Positions 51,575-61,631 of a DNA stretch of 64,000 nt are shown piece by piece. The stretch lies in contig CAZELK010000003.1 in the NCBI GenBank assembly GCA_964513145.1, positions 48,870-112,869 of the forward strand. Direction: 5' to 3'. This DNA comes from Candidatus Woesearchaeota archaeon (GTDB lineage Archaea; Nanobdellota; Nanobdellia; SCGC-AAA011-G17; JACPIM01). Every line of letters begins with the position of its first letter. The stretch's first letter is position 1. A program made the translations under genes and the position numbers. The notes under the pieces are model-generated. The model was not told the DNA's origin. It did no database searches and saw only the letters and a program-made list of their open reading frames with translations.

Positions 51575-52093
51575 ATGGATGAAATAAATATTGACAAGAA
51601 CATATTCAAAGCATTATCAGTTGAAACAAGAGTGAGAATTCTAAAATTATTATTAAAAAATAAATTAACTCAAACAAATATTGCTGAAAATTTAAAATTG
51701 ACAATTCCTTCTATAAAGGAGCATTTAGATTTTTTAGTGAAGTCTAACTTAATAAGTAGATTAGAAGAGGGAAGAAAATGGAAATATTATCAAGTAACAG
51801 ATAAAACCAAGAGTTTGTTTAATTCTGAATATTATAAATTTGTTATAACATTGGGTGTATTTGTAATAAGTGCTGGTTTAAGTTTTATAATTTCATTACA
51901 GAAATCAGCATCGTTTATTATGGAAAAAACAGAAATAGGAATTATTAGCGAAAAAATAGTCTTAGCAAAAGAACCTTCAATACTTTTTTCTTTAATTTTA
52001 ATTATAGCGATAATCTCTTTAATACTCGTTATTTTATGCTGGTTTAATTACAGAAGAACCCCTTATAAAATTGTAAGGTTTTTACCTAAATAA
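51575..52093 (+). CDS. ArsR-like winged-helix transcriptional regulator fused to two C-terminal TM helices
   Basis: LSVETRVRILKLLLKNKLTQTNIAENLKLTIPSIKEHLDFLVKSNLI (HTH) plus hydrophobic C-terminus. Confidence 0.55.
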   Translation: MDEINIDKNIFKALSVETRVRILKLLLKNKLTQTNIAENLKLTIPSIKEHLDFLVKSNLISRLEEGRKWKYYQVTDKTKSLFNSEYYKFVITLGVFVISAGLSFIISLQKSASFIMEKTEIGIISEKIVLAKEPSILFSLILIIAIISLILVILCWFNYRRTPYKIVRFLPK

Positions 52094-52140
52094 AAAGATA
52101 TAATTATAAATAAAATACTTATTATAAAAAAAGAGCAAAT

Positions 52141-52794
52141 ATGAAGAAATACTTAATTTTTGTAATATTATTTTTATTCTTAATCCAAAATGTAAATGCA
52201 GATATTATTTCGCCTGGAGATAAACCGATTAATTATTGTATAGATATTTCTAATTTAGAACAATATGATAAAGATTTTCAATTTTTACTTCCTTTTGAAT
52301 TTAGTAACAGTTATAGAACAGTAAAGAGACAAACAGAAAAAAATTGTTTTATAAAGGGTGGGCGACTTAATACTATTTATGCAATTACAACAGATGATTT
52401 TACTAAAAATGTTGATATAGTTGAAGGTGATTCTTCTGACGATACTTTTAAATTACCAGATGATAAAACTCTTTCTAATTTTATTATCAAATCTGGAATT
52501 AAATTAAATCCTATAAGTATAGTTGCTAAGAATGACCCTTTAGAAAAAGCTATAGATGTGTTTGAAATTACTAAATTAGATAATAAAAACTTTGAATTAA
52601 AAAAATCAAAAGTAATTTATGTTTATACTGATGGAACATCTGAAGAGAAACCCTATGTTTCTCAAGAAGTCAGACCAGAACCTTCAAAAAAAGCAATATT
52701 GCCTTGGTGGTTTGCTGAATTTTGGTTTGTTATTCTCCCCTTTTTAGCATTGATAATTATAATTGGAATTATCATCTATAAAAGAAGAAAATGA
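52141..52794 (+). CDS. secreted protein with C-terminal TM plus basic tail
   Basis: Signal peptide; C-terminal TM then YKRRK. Confidence 0.4.
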   Translation: MKKYLIFVILFLFLIQNVNADIISPGDKPINYCIDISNLEQYDKDFQFLLPFEFSNSYRTVKRQTEKNCFIKGGRLNTIYAITTDDFTKNVDIVEGDSSDDTFKLPDDKTLSNFIIKSGIKLNPISIVAKNDPLEKAIDVFEITKLDNKNFELKKSKVIYVYTDGTSEEKPYVSQEVRPEPSKKAILPWWFAEFWFVILPFLALIIIIGIIIYKRRK

Positions 52795-53117
52795 ATATTA
52801 TATTTGAATATTTATTTTTATTAATTGCAACGATATTTATTGAGTTTTTAGTTTTATTTTTATTTCTTAAAAAGAAACCATTACAAATATTATTTTATTC
52901 TATTTTAATAAATTCATTTAGTTTACCTCTTGCTACTTATTTTTATCAAAATTTATTAAGTAATTTTATTCTGACAGAAATAATTGTTTTTTTAATTGAA
53001 AGTGTTTTGTTAATGAAATTATTGAATTTAAAATATTCTAAAGCATTTTTAATGTCGTTAACAGCTAATCTTATTACTTCATTAATTAGTTTGATATTAA
53101 GGTCTCTACCTAAATAA
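52791..53117 (+). CDS. small polytopic membrane protein
   Basis: Overlaps the previous stop by 4 nt; three TM. Confidence 0.4.
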   Translation: MNIIFEYLFLLIATIFIEFLVLFLFLKKKPLQILFYSILINSFSLPLATYFYQNLLSNFILTEIIVFLIESVLLMKLLNLKYSKAFLMSLTANLITSLISLILRSLPK

Positions 53118-53159
53118 AGAGGCAAGTTTATATATTTACATAGTTGATTCTAAAATAAA

Positions 53160-53816
53160 GTGTCTAAAATGAGAAAGATATTTTTATGTTTTATTCTTTT
53201 ATCTATTTTTATTAATCTTATTTTAGTTGAAGGCTTTGAAATGGCACCCCCTGAGAATTTCTGTTGTGGTAAAATTGGCTTTGACAAAGAAAAATTAGCT
53301 CCTAATCAGACAATAAATTCAATAAATTGTTGCAGTAATACTATTAATCCAGAAGCTTGTTATCAATGCGTTTTAGAATCCAAGCAGGGAATAGAAAAAG
53401 CAAGATATGAACGTAACAAAATTGTTTATATCTCTTCTGCCTTAGCTATTTTATTTGGAATAGCTATAATCTCTTTTTTTATTGTAAAAAGAAATACTTT
53501 AGATTGGAAAGATTTTTATAAATTTAAAATAAGCAAAGCTATTTTGTTTTTTGTTATGATTATAATAGCGGGTTTATTCATCTTATTACAAGCTATGACT
53601 TATGATGCCCCGATGAATCCTATATCTTTTGCCATAGTTGCATTTTTCTTTTGGCCATTTTTATTAGCTTTATTCTTTGAAAAACTAATCTTTAGAGGAG
53701 TTAATTGGCTTCAATTAAGAGATACTCCATTTATTATTATAGCTTTTATTACTAATGTAATTTGGATTTACTCTACTGTTTGTATTTTATATTATTTATT
53801 TAGAGGGAGAAAATGA
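53160..53816 (+). CDS. membrane protein with extracytoplasmic Cys-rich N-domain
   Basis: CCGKIGFD..INCCSN..CYQC then four TM. Confidence 0.4.
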   Translation: MSKMRKIFLCFILLSIFINLILVEGFEMAPPENFCCGKIGFDKEKLAPNQTINSINCCSNTINPEACYQCVLESKQGIEKARYERNKIVYISSALAILFGIAIISFFIVKRNTLDWKDFYKFKISKAILFFVMIIIAGLFILLQAMTYDAPMNPISFAIVAFFFWPFLLALFFEKLIFRGVNWLQLRDTPFIIIAFITNVIWIYSTVCILYYLFRGRK

Positions 53817-54403
53817 TAGACTGTAAAAGAATAATTCTAGTAGTAATACTAATTTTCTCAATTTTATTATTTGGATGTTCAAAACAAATAAAAGATACTA
53901 CCCAATATGATTTACCACTTGAAGAATATTGGCGTATTGGTATACCTGTAGGTGCTCCTGAAATATCAGAAGTTCAACTTGAAACTGATAAAGTAGTTTA
54001 CACACAAGCAGAATTGATTAAATTAACAATAACTAATAATTTTGATAAAAATATTTCTTTTAGGGAAAATCAAGGAGCAAATTTATTGGGAGCTGGACTT
54101 CGGAAATTTTCAAATGGAGATTGGATTGCCTCAACAATTTACGGAGATTGGTGTCCTTGTGGTATGGAATGTGAACCGATAATCAATGGTATAGATTTAG
54201 CTCCAAAACAGGAAATAGAGAAAACTTGGAATCAGGAAATAAAGATTGCGAAATGCAATTTATTTAAAGCTGGTTTTGTAGACTCATATGAAAATAGATT
54301 AAAAGAACCAGGAAAATATAAATTTTTATTAATATTTGGGTTTTATGAGGATGAAGTTTTGAAAGATGGATTTTCATATTCAAATGAATTTGAAATAAGA
54401 TGA
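53813..54403 (+). CDS. lipoprotein-like secreted protein
   Basis: Signal peptide with LLFGCS lipobox-like motif. Confidence 0.4.
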   Translation: MIDCKRIILVVILIFSILLFGCSKQIKDTTQYDLPLEEYWRIGIPVGAPEISEVQLETDKVVYTQAELIKLTITNNFDKNISFRENQGANLLGAGLRKFSNGDWIASTIYGDWCPCGMECEPIINGIDLAPKQEIEKTWNQEIKIAKCNLFKAGFVDSYENRLKEPGKYKFLLIFGFYEDEVLKDGFSYSNEFEIR

Positions 54404-54837
54404 AAACAATTTTAAAAATAATCATAGGAATTGGAATTGCTTTAATATTATTTACAATAGTGATAAATATTCCGTTTACAGAGAAAATAAATAATAGATT
54501 AGATAATAATATTTTAGTTGCTTATTCTAAAGGCATAGGCATTGGTGGGGTAGTTAGTGCTATCTTTTTAAATAACGGCACTATAAAAATAAGTCATAAT
54601 GATTTAGAAACCAAAAGTCTAAGTTCTGAAGAATTAAATCAAATTAAAAATGCAATAAATAACAACCAATTTACGATTAGTAAAATAAGTATACTAGATA
54701 AATGGAAAAGAAAATATCCTGGTTGTATTGATTGTTACACAGGAATTGGTATTTTAGTTAATAAAAATGGAGAAACAATAAAAATAGAACCAAATGGAGT
54801 TATCTGGAATATTATTTCAAAGAAGAAATTATTTTAA
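54400..54837 (+). CDS. small secreted/membrane-anchored protein
   Basis: N-terminal TM/signal; 4-nt overlap with the upstream gene. Confidence 0.4.
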   Translation: MKTILKIIIGIGIALILFTIVINIPFTEKINNRLDNNILVAYSKGIGIGGVVSAIFLNNGTIKISHNDLETKSLSSEELNQIKNAINNNQFTISKISILDKWKRKYPGCIDCYTGIGILVNKNGETIKIEPNGVIWNIISKKKLF

Positions 54838-55017
54838 TTAAATTCTTTATATTTTAATTTTCCTTCTAAAATATAAAAATGCTTTTAGTTCTTTACATTC
54901 TATGTTTTAGATAGTATTTTATTTGTCTGATTTTAGGGGCGCATTCCAGTCTTTTGCAAAGAATCTTGGATTTCTTCTCCAAAATATTTGGCAGAGAAGA
55001 ATAATAATTTTTATTTT

Positions 55018-56124
55018 TTATATTTTTAATTCTTTTAAAAAATCTTTTACATTGAGAGCTCTTTCCATCATAGCTTCAACTAATCTTCTTTCTTGTTTTT
55101 CTGGGCTATATAATCTAAATTCCAAATTATTAATCTTGCCATCTTTTGGTATAGCTCCCAACTCGTCTAAAAGTTTTTGAGGTGGTAATCTTGAGATTTT
55201 TCTAATTTGATTAATTAAGTCGTAAACATAAGTTTGTTCTTCTGGATTTTTGAAAGAATCTATAAATAATTTGTAAGCTACAACTCTTGAAACTAATTGT
55301 GTATGAGAGCCATAAATTGGATTTTTTACTTCATCCATTTTTGTTTTGCCAGACAAGTCAAAACCATTATTTGACCTGTAAGGACTTCTTTGTAAGTTTA
55401 CATTATATCTTGACATTTCTTTAGAAACGATTTTTCTAATTTTAGAGTCTTCTTTTTTTGTTCTATAATGCACTACAAGATTGTCTTGATCATACAAAGT
55501 AAAAAATGGCCAGGAGGGAGTTTTCATATCTATTGCATTTCCGGTTTCTTTAGATAATTTTTGTAATCTTTTTGCTGAACTAGCAATAGCATCCAAAAAA
55601 TTAGACATTTCTTTTGTTATTTCTTTCGGATCCTGAGAAACAGGAACAAATGTAAAATAAGATTTGTAAGTAACAGGAATTGTTTTTCCTTTTCTTTTTA
55701 ATTCTCTTTTTTTATCATCACCTTTAGTAGAAATATGATACCAGTTATTATTTAATTCTTCATTAAAGTTTTCTCCTAACTTTAAGCTCAAAATTTTATC
55801 TTCAAATCTTTTTGAAAAAGGAGAAAATGGTTTGAAATTTATAGCAGTTTGATGATAAGTTTGTTTATCAAAATTAGCTCTTAAAAAATAATTAACTGCT
55901 TCCTCAATATCAGAAAGGAATACTGGTTTTTGTCCTTTTTGTGCTTCATCTTTAATTTCTATTAAATCCATTACTAATTCGTCTTCTAATTTAGCATCAA
56001 ATTCTCTTTTTAATTCAGTATAAGGTTTAGTTATTGGTTTTCTTTCTTCCTTTAAGTATTCATCTACTTTTCTTTCTAATCTTAATTTTTCTTCTTCTCT
56101 TTTGAGCCAATTTACCTTTAACAT
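55018..56124 (-). CDS. hypothetical protein (368 aa)
   Basis: Long ORF with native codon usage; no motif recognised. Confidence 0.45.
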   Translation of the reverse strand: MLKVNWLKREEEKLRLERKVDEYLKEERKPITKPYTELKREFDAKLEDELVMDLIEIKDEAQKGQKPVFLSDIEEAVNYFLRANFDKQTYHQTAINFKPFSPFSKRFEDKILSLKLGENFNEELNNNWYHISTKGDDKKRELKRKGKTIPVTYKSYFTFVPVSQDPKEITKEMSNFLDAIASSAKRLQKLSKETGNAIDMKTPSWPFFTLYDQDNLVVHYRTKKEDSKIRKIVSKEMSRYNVNLQRSPYRSNNGFDLSGKTKMDEVKNPIYGSHTQLVSRVVAYKLFIDSFKNPEEQTYVYDLINQIRKISRLPPQKLLDELGAIPKDGKINNLEFRLYSPEKQERRLVEAMMERALNVKDFLKELKI

Positions 56125-56388
56125 AATTATTTTCCAGAATTAAGGTTATTTAAAGTTTTCTATTTTAACTATTATTAAGTAATAACATCTATAATTTGAA
56201 GCCAAGCATATTCACACAGACAGATTAATTTTTATGAATGTAGAATTATTATAATTTAAGTAATTATTTTAAAGACAGAAATTTTAAATAGATTTTCAAG
56301 GAAAAAAAGAATTTAATATTTAGGTTTATCAACAAAAAAAACTTATAACTTTATCTGGATAGCACACACTGGAAAATAAACCAACATC

Positions 56389-56396
56389 TTTATAAA
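56389..56396 (+). promoter_or_regulatory. TATA-box-like element upstream of rpl15e
   Basis: TTTATAAA about 31 nt upstream of the ATG at 56427, implying a very short leader. Confidence 0.35.
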
Positions 56397-56426
56397 TTAA
56401 GTATTTTATAAAAAATCTATTCTAAA

Positions 56427-57029
56427 ATGGCAAGCGTTTATACTTATGTAAAAGAAGCCTGGAAAAAACCAGATATTCAAGTTCTAAGGCAGCGAATGAC
56501 AGATTGGCGTAAAGAGCCATCTGTAATTAAATTAGAAAAGCCTACAAGAATAGACAGGGCCAGAAATTTAGGCTATAAAGCTAAACAAGGTTTTTTGGTC
56601 GCAAGAGTTAAGCTCTTGCGTGGTGGAAGAATGAGAGAAGCTTTTGCTGCAGGCAGAAAACCTAGAAAAATGAGAAGAATGGAAATTATAAGCAAGAATT
56701 ACAGACAGATAGCTGAAGAGAGGGCAAATAAAAAATTTCACAATTTCGAGGTTTTGAATTCATATTGGGTTGGCAAAGATGGTTTATATTACTGGTTTGA
56801 AGTTATTTTAGTAGATCCGCATCATCCAGTTATAAAAGCAGATGAAAAATTAAGCTGGATTATAAATAAAAGAGGCAGGGTTTACAGGGGTCTGACAAGT
56901 GCTGCTAAAAAATCCCGTGGATTAAGGGGCAAAGGCAAAGGCTATGAAAAAATGAGGCCAAGCAAATATGCCAATCTAAAGAGAAAGTGGGATAAGGAAA
57001 ATAAAAAAGGATACCATAGAGTTTATTAG
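56427..57029 (+). CDS. rpl15e: 50S ribosomal protein L15e
   Basis: [15 protein letters not shown]... and an Arg/Lys-rich body typical of L15e. Confidence 0.9.
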   Translation: MASVYTYVKEAWKKPDIQVLRQRMTDWRKEPSVIKLEKPTRIDRARNLGYKAKQGFLVARVKLLRGGRMREAFAAGRKPRKMRRMEIISKNYRQIAEERANKKFHNFEVLNSYWVGKDGLYYWFEVILVDPHHPVIKADEKLSWIINKRGRVYRGLTSAAKKSRGLRGKGKGYEKMRPSKYANLKRKWDKENKKGYHRVY

Positions 57030-57305
57030 TTATTTTTTTCTAAAAATCAGTTTTATTTTTTTCTTCTTAAAAAATTTAAAATATAAAAAAACACAGAAGG
57101 CAATAATCAAAATTAAAGCTATAAAAAAGGAGCTTAACACTAATCCAACAACAATTATTAGGGGGAAAAACAAAGACAATAAAATCCTATATTTTAATTT
57201 CAGGACTTTCCTGCCATTAATCTCTATTTTAGATATTTTCACGAATATATAAATTGCAATTAAGATTAGAATATAAAGGATAATCCTCTCAATTATTGTA
57301 AGCAT
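57030..57305 (-). CDS. small membrane protein
   Basis: Three TM; 91 aa. Confidence 0.3.
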   Translation of the reverse strand: MLTIIERIILYILILIAIYIFVKISKIEINGRKVLKLKYRILLSLFFPLIIVVGLVLSSFFIALILIIAFCVFLYFKFFKKKKIKLIFRKK

Positions 57306-57363
57306 AATATAAAAATATACATAAGATTTATAAAAGTTATCAAAAAATAGATAAAAAAGTAAA

Positions 57364-59247
57364 ATGAAAAGAGGTTTAATATTAGAAATGCTTTTATTTG
57401 TAATTCTATTTGTTTTAGATATTTATGCTTTAAATGTTGATCTTACTTCTCCTGTTGATAATGCAATATATGTAGACAGCAACACAGTTGTCTTTAAATG
57501 TAGAGCATCTGGACAAGATTTAAGATTTATAGAGCTATATAATAATATTGGCGGCTGGGGAAAAAAAGCAGAGGTATCAAACCCGCAAAATAATACTGAT
57601 GCAATTTTTTCTGTGAAAAATATAAGCAATGGTAACTATGCATGGAATTGTAAAGTAATAGACGGGGTTGAAGGGGTAAGATTTAGCAGTTTAAACAGGA
57701 GTTTTTCAATAAGTATTGCAGAAAATAATCCCCCAATTTATAGTGGCGGTTTAACACATCAGTCTTGGAATATGAATGCACAAAAAAATAATGCTTTTGA
57801 CCTGGATAATTTCTTTTCAGACCCTGACGGCAATACATTAACATATTCTGTAAATGGAAATGCAAATATAAATGTAAATATTGACTCAAATAATATAGTT
57901 AGTTTTTCCCAAGCACCAAACTGGTTTGGAACAGAACGCGTTTATTTTACAGCAAGTGATGGTAAGGAATCAATAAACTCAAATTATATTAATTTAACAG
58001 TTATAAAACTAGATAACCCGAATACAAACCAGCCGCCAGCATCATCTGGAAATACTCAGCCAAAAATAGAGCCAAAAATACCAGATCAAAACAAAAGCAA
58101 GGATAGTAGTTTTTGGTTCCTGGATTTAATAAATTATGCAAAAGATAATGAAGAAGACGCAAATAAATTAAACTGGTCAGTTGAAAGCGTTGATACGAAC
58201 CTTATTAAAGTAGACATAGATAACACAAACAAAAGGGCAAAATTTACAATAAAAAAGCCAGGTTCTGATGCTGTATCATTTATTTTAACAGATAGTTCTG
58301 GTCTAAGTGCCAGTCAAAACGTAAAAATTACAATTTACGAAAGTAAGGAAAACACTGATTCTGATTTTGGTGAACTTGTTCAAGAAACTAAAGATTCATC
58401 ATCAAGTTTGGAAATAAAATCACATTCCCCATTAGATAAAGAAATAACATTGTCTCAAAATCAGGTAATGGCTTTTACAGTTGATTTGACAATACAGGGT
58501 GATATAGAGTGGTATCTGGATAATACAATAATCCCTGGTGAAACTAAAAACTATTTCAGCTTTAATTCTGTTGAAGAAGGTGCACATAATCTGACAGTGT
58601 ATGTAAGTGACTTGGACAAGACAGTTTCAAATAGCTGGGATATAATAGTAAAAAAATATGAACAAAAAGAAGTTACTGAAATTAAAGCACAGATTTGCGG
58701 AAATAATGTAGCTGAAGAAAATGAAAATTGTTCTAATTGTGAAGCAGATATAAAATGTCAAAGTAATCAAATTTGTGAAAGCGGAATATGCAAAGAAAAG
58801 AGTTTCTGGTCAATAACAGGGAATGTCGTAAGTGACCTGGGAAATAAAATAACCAGCAATGTAAAAAAAACAATACTTTATCCTATTGCTGGTTTATTTG
58901 CAGTTGCTCTTATAGGTGTTTTAATGATCAGAAGAAGAAATAAAAAAAAATACTCCCAGCATTTAAAAGAATTTGAAGAGAAAAAAGGCTTTTTTAAAAA
59001 ACTGCAAAAAAAATTAAGAGATTTTGATACTAAAAGAAAGCAAAAAAAAGCAGATAAAATAAATCTGACAAATCTGGAAAGCAAAAAAATAGAAGAAGTA
59101 AAAACATTTGCTCCGAGCGTAAATTCAATTTCTGGATTTATTAAAGAAAGCATGAATAATGGGCATTCTAAAAAAGCAATAAAAAAAGCCTTAAGAGAAA
59201 AAGGCTGGTCTAGAATACAAATCTGGAAAGCTTTTAAAAAAACATAA
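57364..59247 (+). CDS. large cell-surface protein with Ig-like/Cys-knot regions and C-terminal TM plus Lys-rich tail
   Basis: Signal peptide; EGF-like CGNNVAEENENCSNCEADIKCQSNQICESGICKE; TM ILYPIAGLFAVALIGVLMI then RRRNKKK. Confidence 0.5.
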   Translation: MKRGLILEMLLFVILFVLDIYALNVDLTSPVDNAIYVDSNTVVFKCRASGQDLRFIELYNNIGGWGKKAEVSNPQNNTDAIFSVKNISNGNYAWNCKVIDGVEGVRFSSLNRSFSISIAENNPPIYSGGLTHQSWNMNAQKNNAFDLDNFFSDPDGNTLTYSVNGNANINVNIDSNNIVSFSQAPNWFGTERVYFTASDGKESINSNYINLTVIKLDNPNTNQPPASSGNTQPKIEPKIPDQNKSKDSSFWFLDLINYAKDNEEDANKLNWSVESVDTNLIKVDIDNTNKRAKFTIKKPGSDAVSFILTDSSGLSASQNVKITIYESKENTDSDFGELVQETKDSSSSLEIKSHSPLDKEITLSQNQVMAFTVDLTIQGDIEWYLDNTIIPGETKNYFSFNSVEEGAHNLTVYVSDLDKTVSNSWDIIVKKYEQKEVTEIKAQICGNNVAEENENCSNCEADIKCQSNQICESGICKEKSFWSITGNVVSDLGNKITSNVKKTILYPIAGLFAVALIGVLMIRRRNKKKYSQHLKEFEEKKGFFKKLQKKLRDFDTKRKQKKADKINLTNLESKKIEEVKTFAPSVNSISGFIKESMNNGHSKKAIKKALREKGWSRIQIWKAFKKT

Positions 59248-59326
59248 TCCCCAAGAGCTCAAGATAAGAGTCTAAATCTTCGTTTTTGAAGAAAAAAAAT
59301 TATCCAAATGTCAAATTATGCTATGG

Positions 59327-59367
59327 CTTCACTTAGAGAAAACTCTAAGTGGCGAAGTCAGGTTTTT
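59327..59367 (+). terminator. long hairpin followed by a T5 run downstream of the surface-protein gene
   Basis: CTTCACTTAGAG-AAAA-CTCTAAGTGGCGAAG, then TCAGGTTTTT. Confidence 0.35.
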
Positions 59368-59487
59368 ACCTATACCAACGACATAAAGTGGAATCTCATT
59401 TTCTGTCAAGTCAAGAATCTCAGCAATAGAATCATTCACAAAACCACTAACTGAACATGAACCTAAACCTAGCTCTGCACAAACAAG

Positions 59488-59510
59488 ATGCATGTTTTGA
59501 GCCATGCATC
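59488..59510 (-). terminator. hairpin downstream of the minus-strand peptidase gene
   Basis: GATGCATG-TTTTGAGC-CATGCATC, perfect 8-bp inverted repeat about 30 nt past the stop at 59542. Confidence 0.3.
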
Positions 59511-59541
59511 TAATTTATAAGTTACTAAAATTTAATTAGGG

Positions 59542-60168
59542 TTAATTCGATTCAAAAATAGAGATTTCTCCAAAATATATTTGTTTTTTTCCGTTAATAA
59601 AAATACCTGATCCTTCTGGGATAGCTATAATTTTTATATCTTCATTCAAGTTTGAAAAAATTAATTTGTCTTGATTTGTATTATAATGTGGCCAAATATT
59701 TCTATTGTTTAATAAATCTAAGGATTTAAGATCTGTTAAATTTACAATATTTTCATCTCCTGCATCTTTTGCTATAGATATGTCTTTACCAAAAATTATT
59801 GCTCCTGCACTTGCTCCGTAAACAACACCCATTTCATTTTTTATATATTTGTTTAATAAACCCAAAAAACTGCTATCCTTTAAATCCTTCAATAAACTAA
59901 ATGTATTTCCACCCCCGATAAAAATACCTCCAAATTCATTGATCTCTTTTAGAGATTTATTGTTCAAATCTGTCCACATTATTATTTCTCGCTTAAATCC
60001 CGCATCAGAGAATACTTTTTGTATCCATAAATAACATTCTCTAAATAGTCTGGTTTTTTTGGCAATGGGAATATAAAGTATTTTTTTATTTCCAATTAGG
60101 TTTATGAACAGTTTATCTGTTTTCTTAGTTTTTTTTGGATCTCCTCCACCAGATAATATTAATTTCAT
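59542..60168 (-). CDS. peptidase S51 (peptidase E / cyanophycinase-like)
   Basis: MKLILSGGG... N-terminus and the GASAGA nucleophile-elbow motif. Confidence 0.5.
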   Translation of the reverse strand: MKLILSGGGDPKKTKKTDKLFINLIGNKKILYIPIAKKTRLFRECYLWIQKVFSDAGFKREIIMWTDLNNKSLKEINEFGGIFIGGGNTFSLLKDLKDSSFLGLLNKYIKNEMGVVYGASAGAIIFGKDISIAKDAGDENIVNLTDLKSLDLLNNRNIWPHYNTNQDKLIFSNLNEDIKIIAIPEGSGIFINGKKQIYFGEISIFESN

Positions 60169-60266
60169 AAAAAAATAAAAGAATTGTGCTTTAAGATAAT
60201 TTCTGTTGATATTTATTGTAACTATAAAATAGTAAAATTTAAAATGTATTAGATTTTATAAATTAT

Positions 60267-61631
60267 ATGGAATATTTTATAAAGTGGCCATTTGGATCTA
60301 AAGGACACTACCATTTTCCTAATGGAATTTCTCCAGTTTTGATGGATTTTTTAGTTAGAGAAAGATTGCAGAGAGGAGAGGACTTGATTTTTGTTCATGA
60401 TTCGTGGAATGTTCAGGGAAAATATACGGATTACAAAGCTATTTCACAATTAACTGGGTTAAGGGAAGAAGAAATCAATATCAACTATAGAAAGATATTA
60501 AATTCTCATCTGCCAGAAATTGTAGCTTTAGGGAGAGAAATAGCTAACTCTAATATTAAAAAATCAAAAAACTTGAAAGATAAGCTCGGTCTGCTTCCTA
60601 GCGGAATTTATCTTGAAGGAGAACTAAGAAGTCCTCTTGAATTTAGAGATGACTCATTAGATTCATGGAAGATCGCTCAACAGAGGTTTCTTCAATTGTA
60701 TGAAAATGATTTTATATATTGGAACAATGATTCACAAAATCCAGAATTTTTTTTGAATATAAAGAAACTTATGAGAAGAGTTCCTTTTGAAAAATTAACA
60801 GAAAATATGCATTTACCAGATTTTGCTCTAAAACAATTTAGAAATGCTTATTATGTTTATGATAGAGACATGCCCATGTCAACAATTAGGGCATATGGGA
60901 CTCCAATTCCTTTGATTATATCAGATAAAAATTTAAGCGTTCCAAATCTAGAAGAGTTACCTATTGAAACAAGACATGAAGAAGGAAAAATTATTGGACC
61001 CCCTGTGGTAATAAAACCGCTGTTTAATTGTTATTTCATTCAAGATGTTATCAGAGAACAAGCCCAAGTTCCTCCTAGAGATATTATTACATGTAATGAT
61101 CAAAGCCTTATAACTCGCTTCAATTTTCCGCAAGCAATGTTGACTACTTATTTTGGGAGAGATTATCACCAGAACGTTTTTTTTAATGACTTACTAGTTG
61201 ATGATAAGGGAGAAAGATATAGTTTTAAGAGTAATGTCATCCTGTCTTTAGAAGAATTAACAGAAAACGGGCCAGCACTAGCCAGATTTTTAATAGCGAG
61301 AAATACTCGTTTAGAAGGATCTAAATTAAGGTTTGAAGATAATAGAACGACATTTAGGAAACTAAAGAAAGCCGTCTCTCAAATTAAAACAAAAAAAGTA
61401 TTTTCACAAGATGATAAAAGACAAATTTTTTCAAAAATGTTCAAAGAAAACATTACAGATTTAGATAGGGTATATCAAACGATAGCAGAAACGGGGGAAG
61501 TTTGTAGGACCCTAAATTTTTTAACAGATTACATTATGCAGGCATCCAAACTAAAAGGAGATACTATACCATGCTCGGTTAAGAAGGCCATAAACCACTT
61601 AGAGTCAATTATTTTGTCTATTCAAAGTTAA
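60267..61631 (+). CDS. hypothetical protein (454 aa)
   Basis: Long ORF; no motif recognised. Confidence 0.45.
   Translation: MEYFIKWPFGSKGHYHFPNGISPVLMDFLVRERLQRGEDLIFVHDSWNVQGKYTDYKAISQLTGLREEEININYRKILNSHLPEIVALGREIANSNIKKSKNLKDKLGLLPSGIYLEGELRSPLEFRDDSLDSWKIAQQRFLQLYENDFIYWNNDSQNPEFFLNIKKLMRRVPFEKLTENMHLPDFALKQFRNAYYVYDRDMPMSTIRAYGTPIPLIISDKNLSVPNLEELPIETRHEEGKIIGPPVVIKPLFNCYFIQDVIREQAQVPPRDIITCNDQSLITRFNFPQAMLTTYFGRDYHQNVFFNDLLVDDKGERYSFKSNVILSLEELTENGPALARFLIARNTRLEGSKLRFEDNRTTFRKLKKAVSQIKTKKVFSQDDKRQIFSKMFKENITDLDRVYQTIAETGEVCRTLNFLTDYIMQASKLKGDTIPCSVKKAINHLESIILSIQS

Noticed and set aside
59318-59452. 44-aa ORF (MASLRENSKWRSQVFTYTNDIKWNLIFCQVKNLSNRIIHKTTN) in the convergent intergenic region
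   Set aside because: It starts inside the hairpin and has no promoter or SD context and no recognisable motif. It is more likely non-coding.
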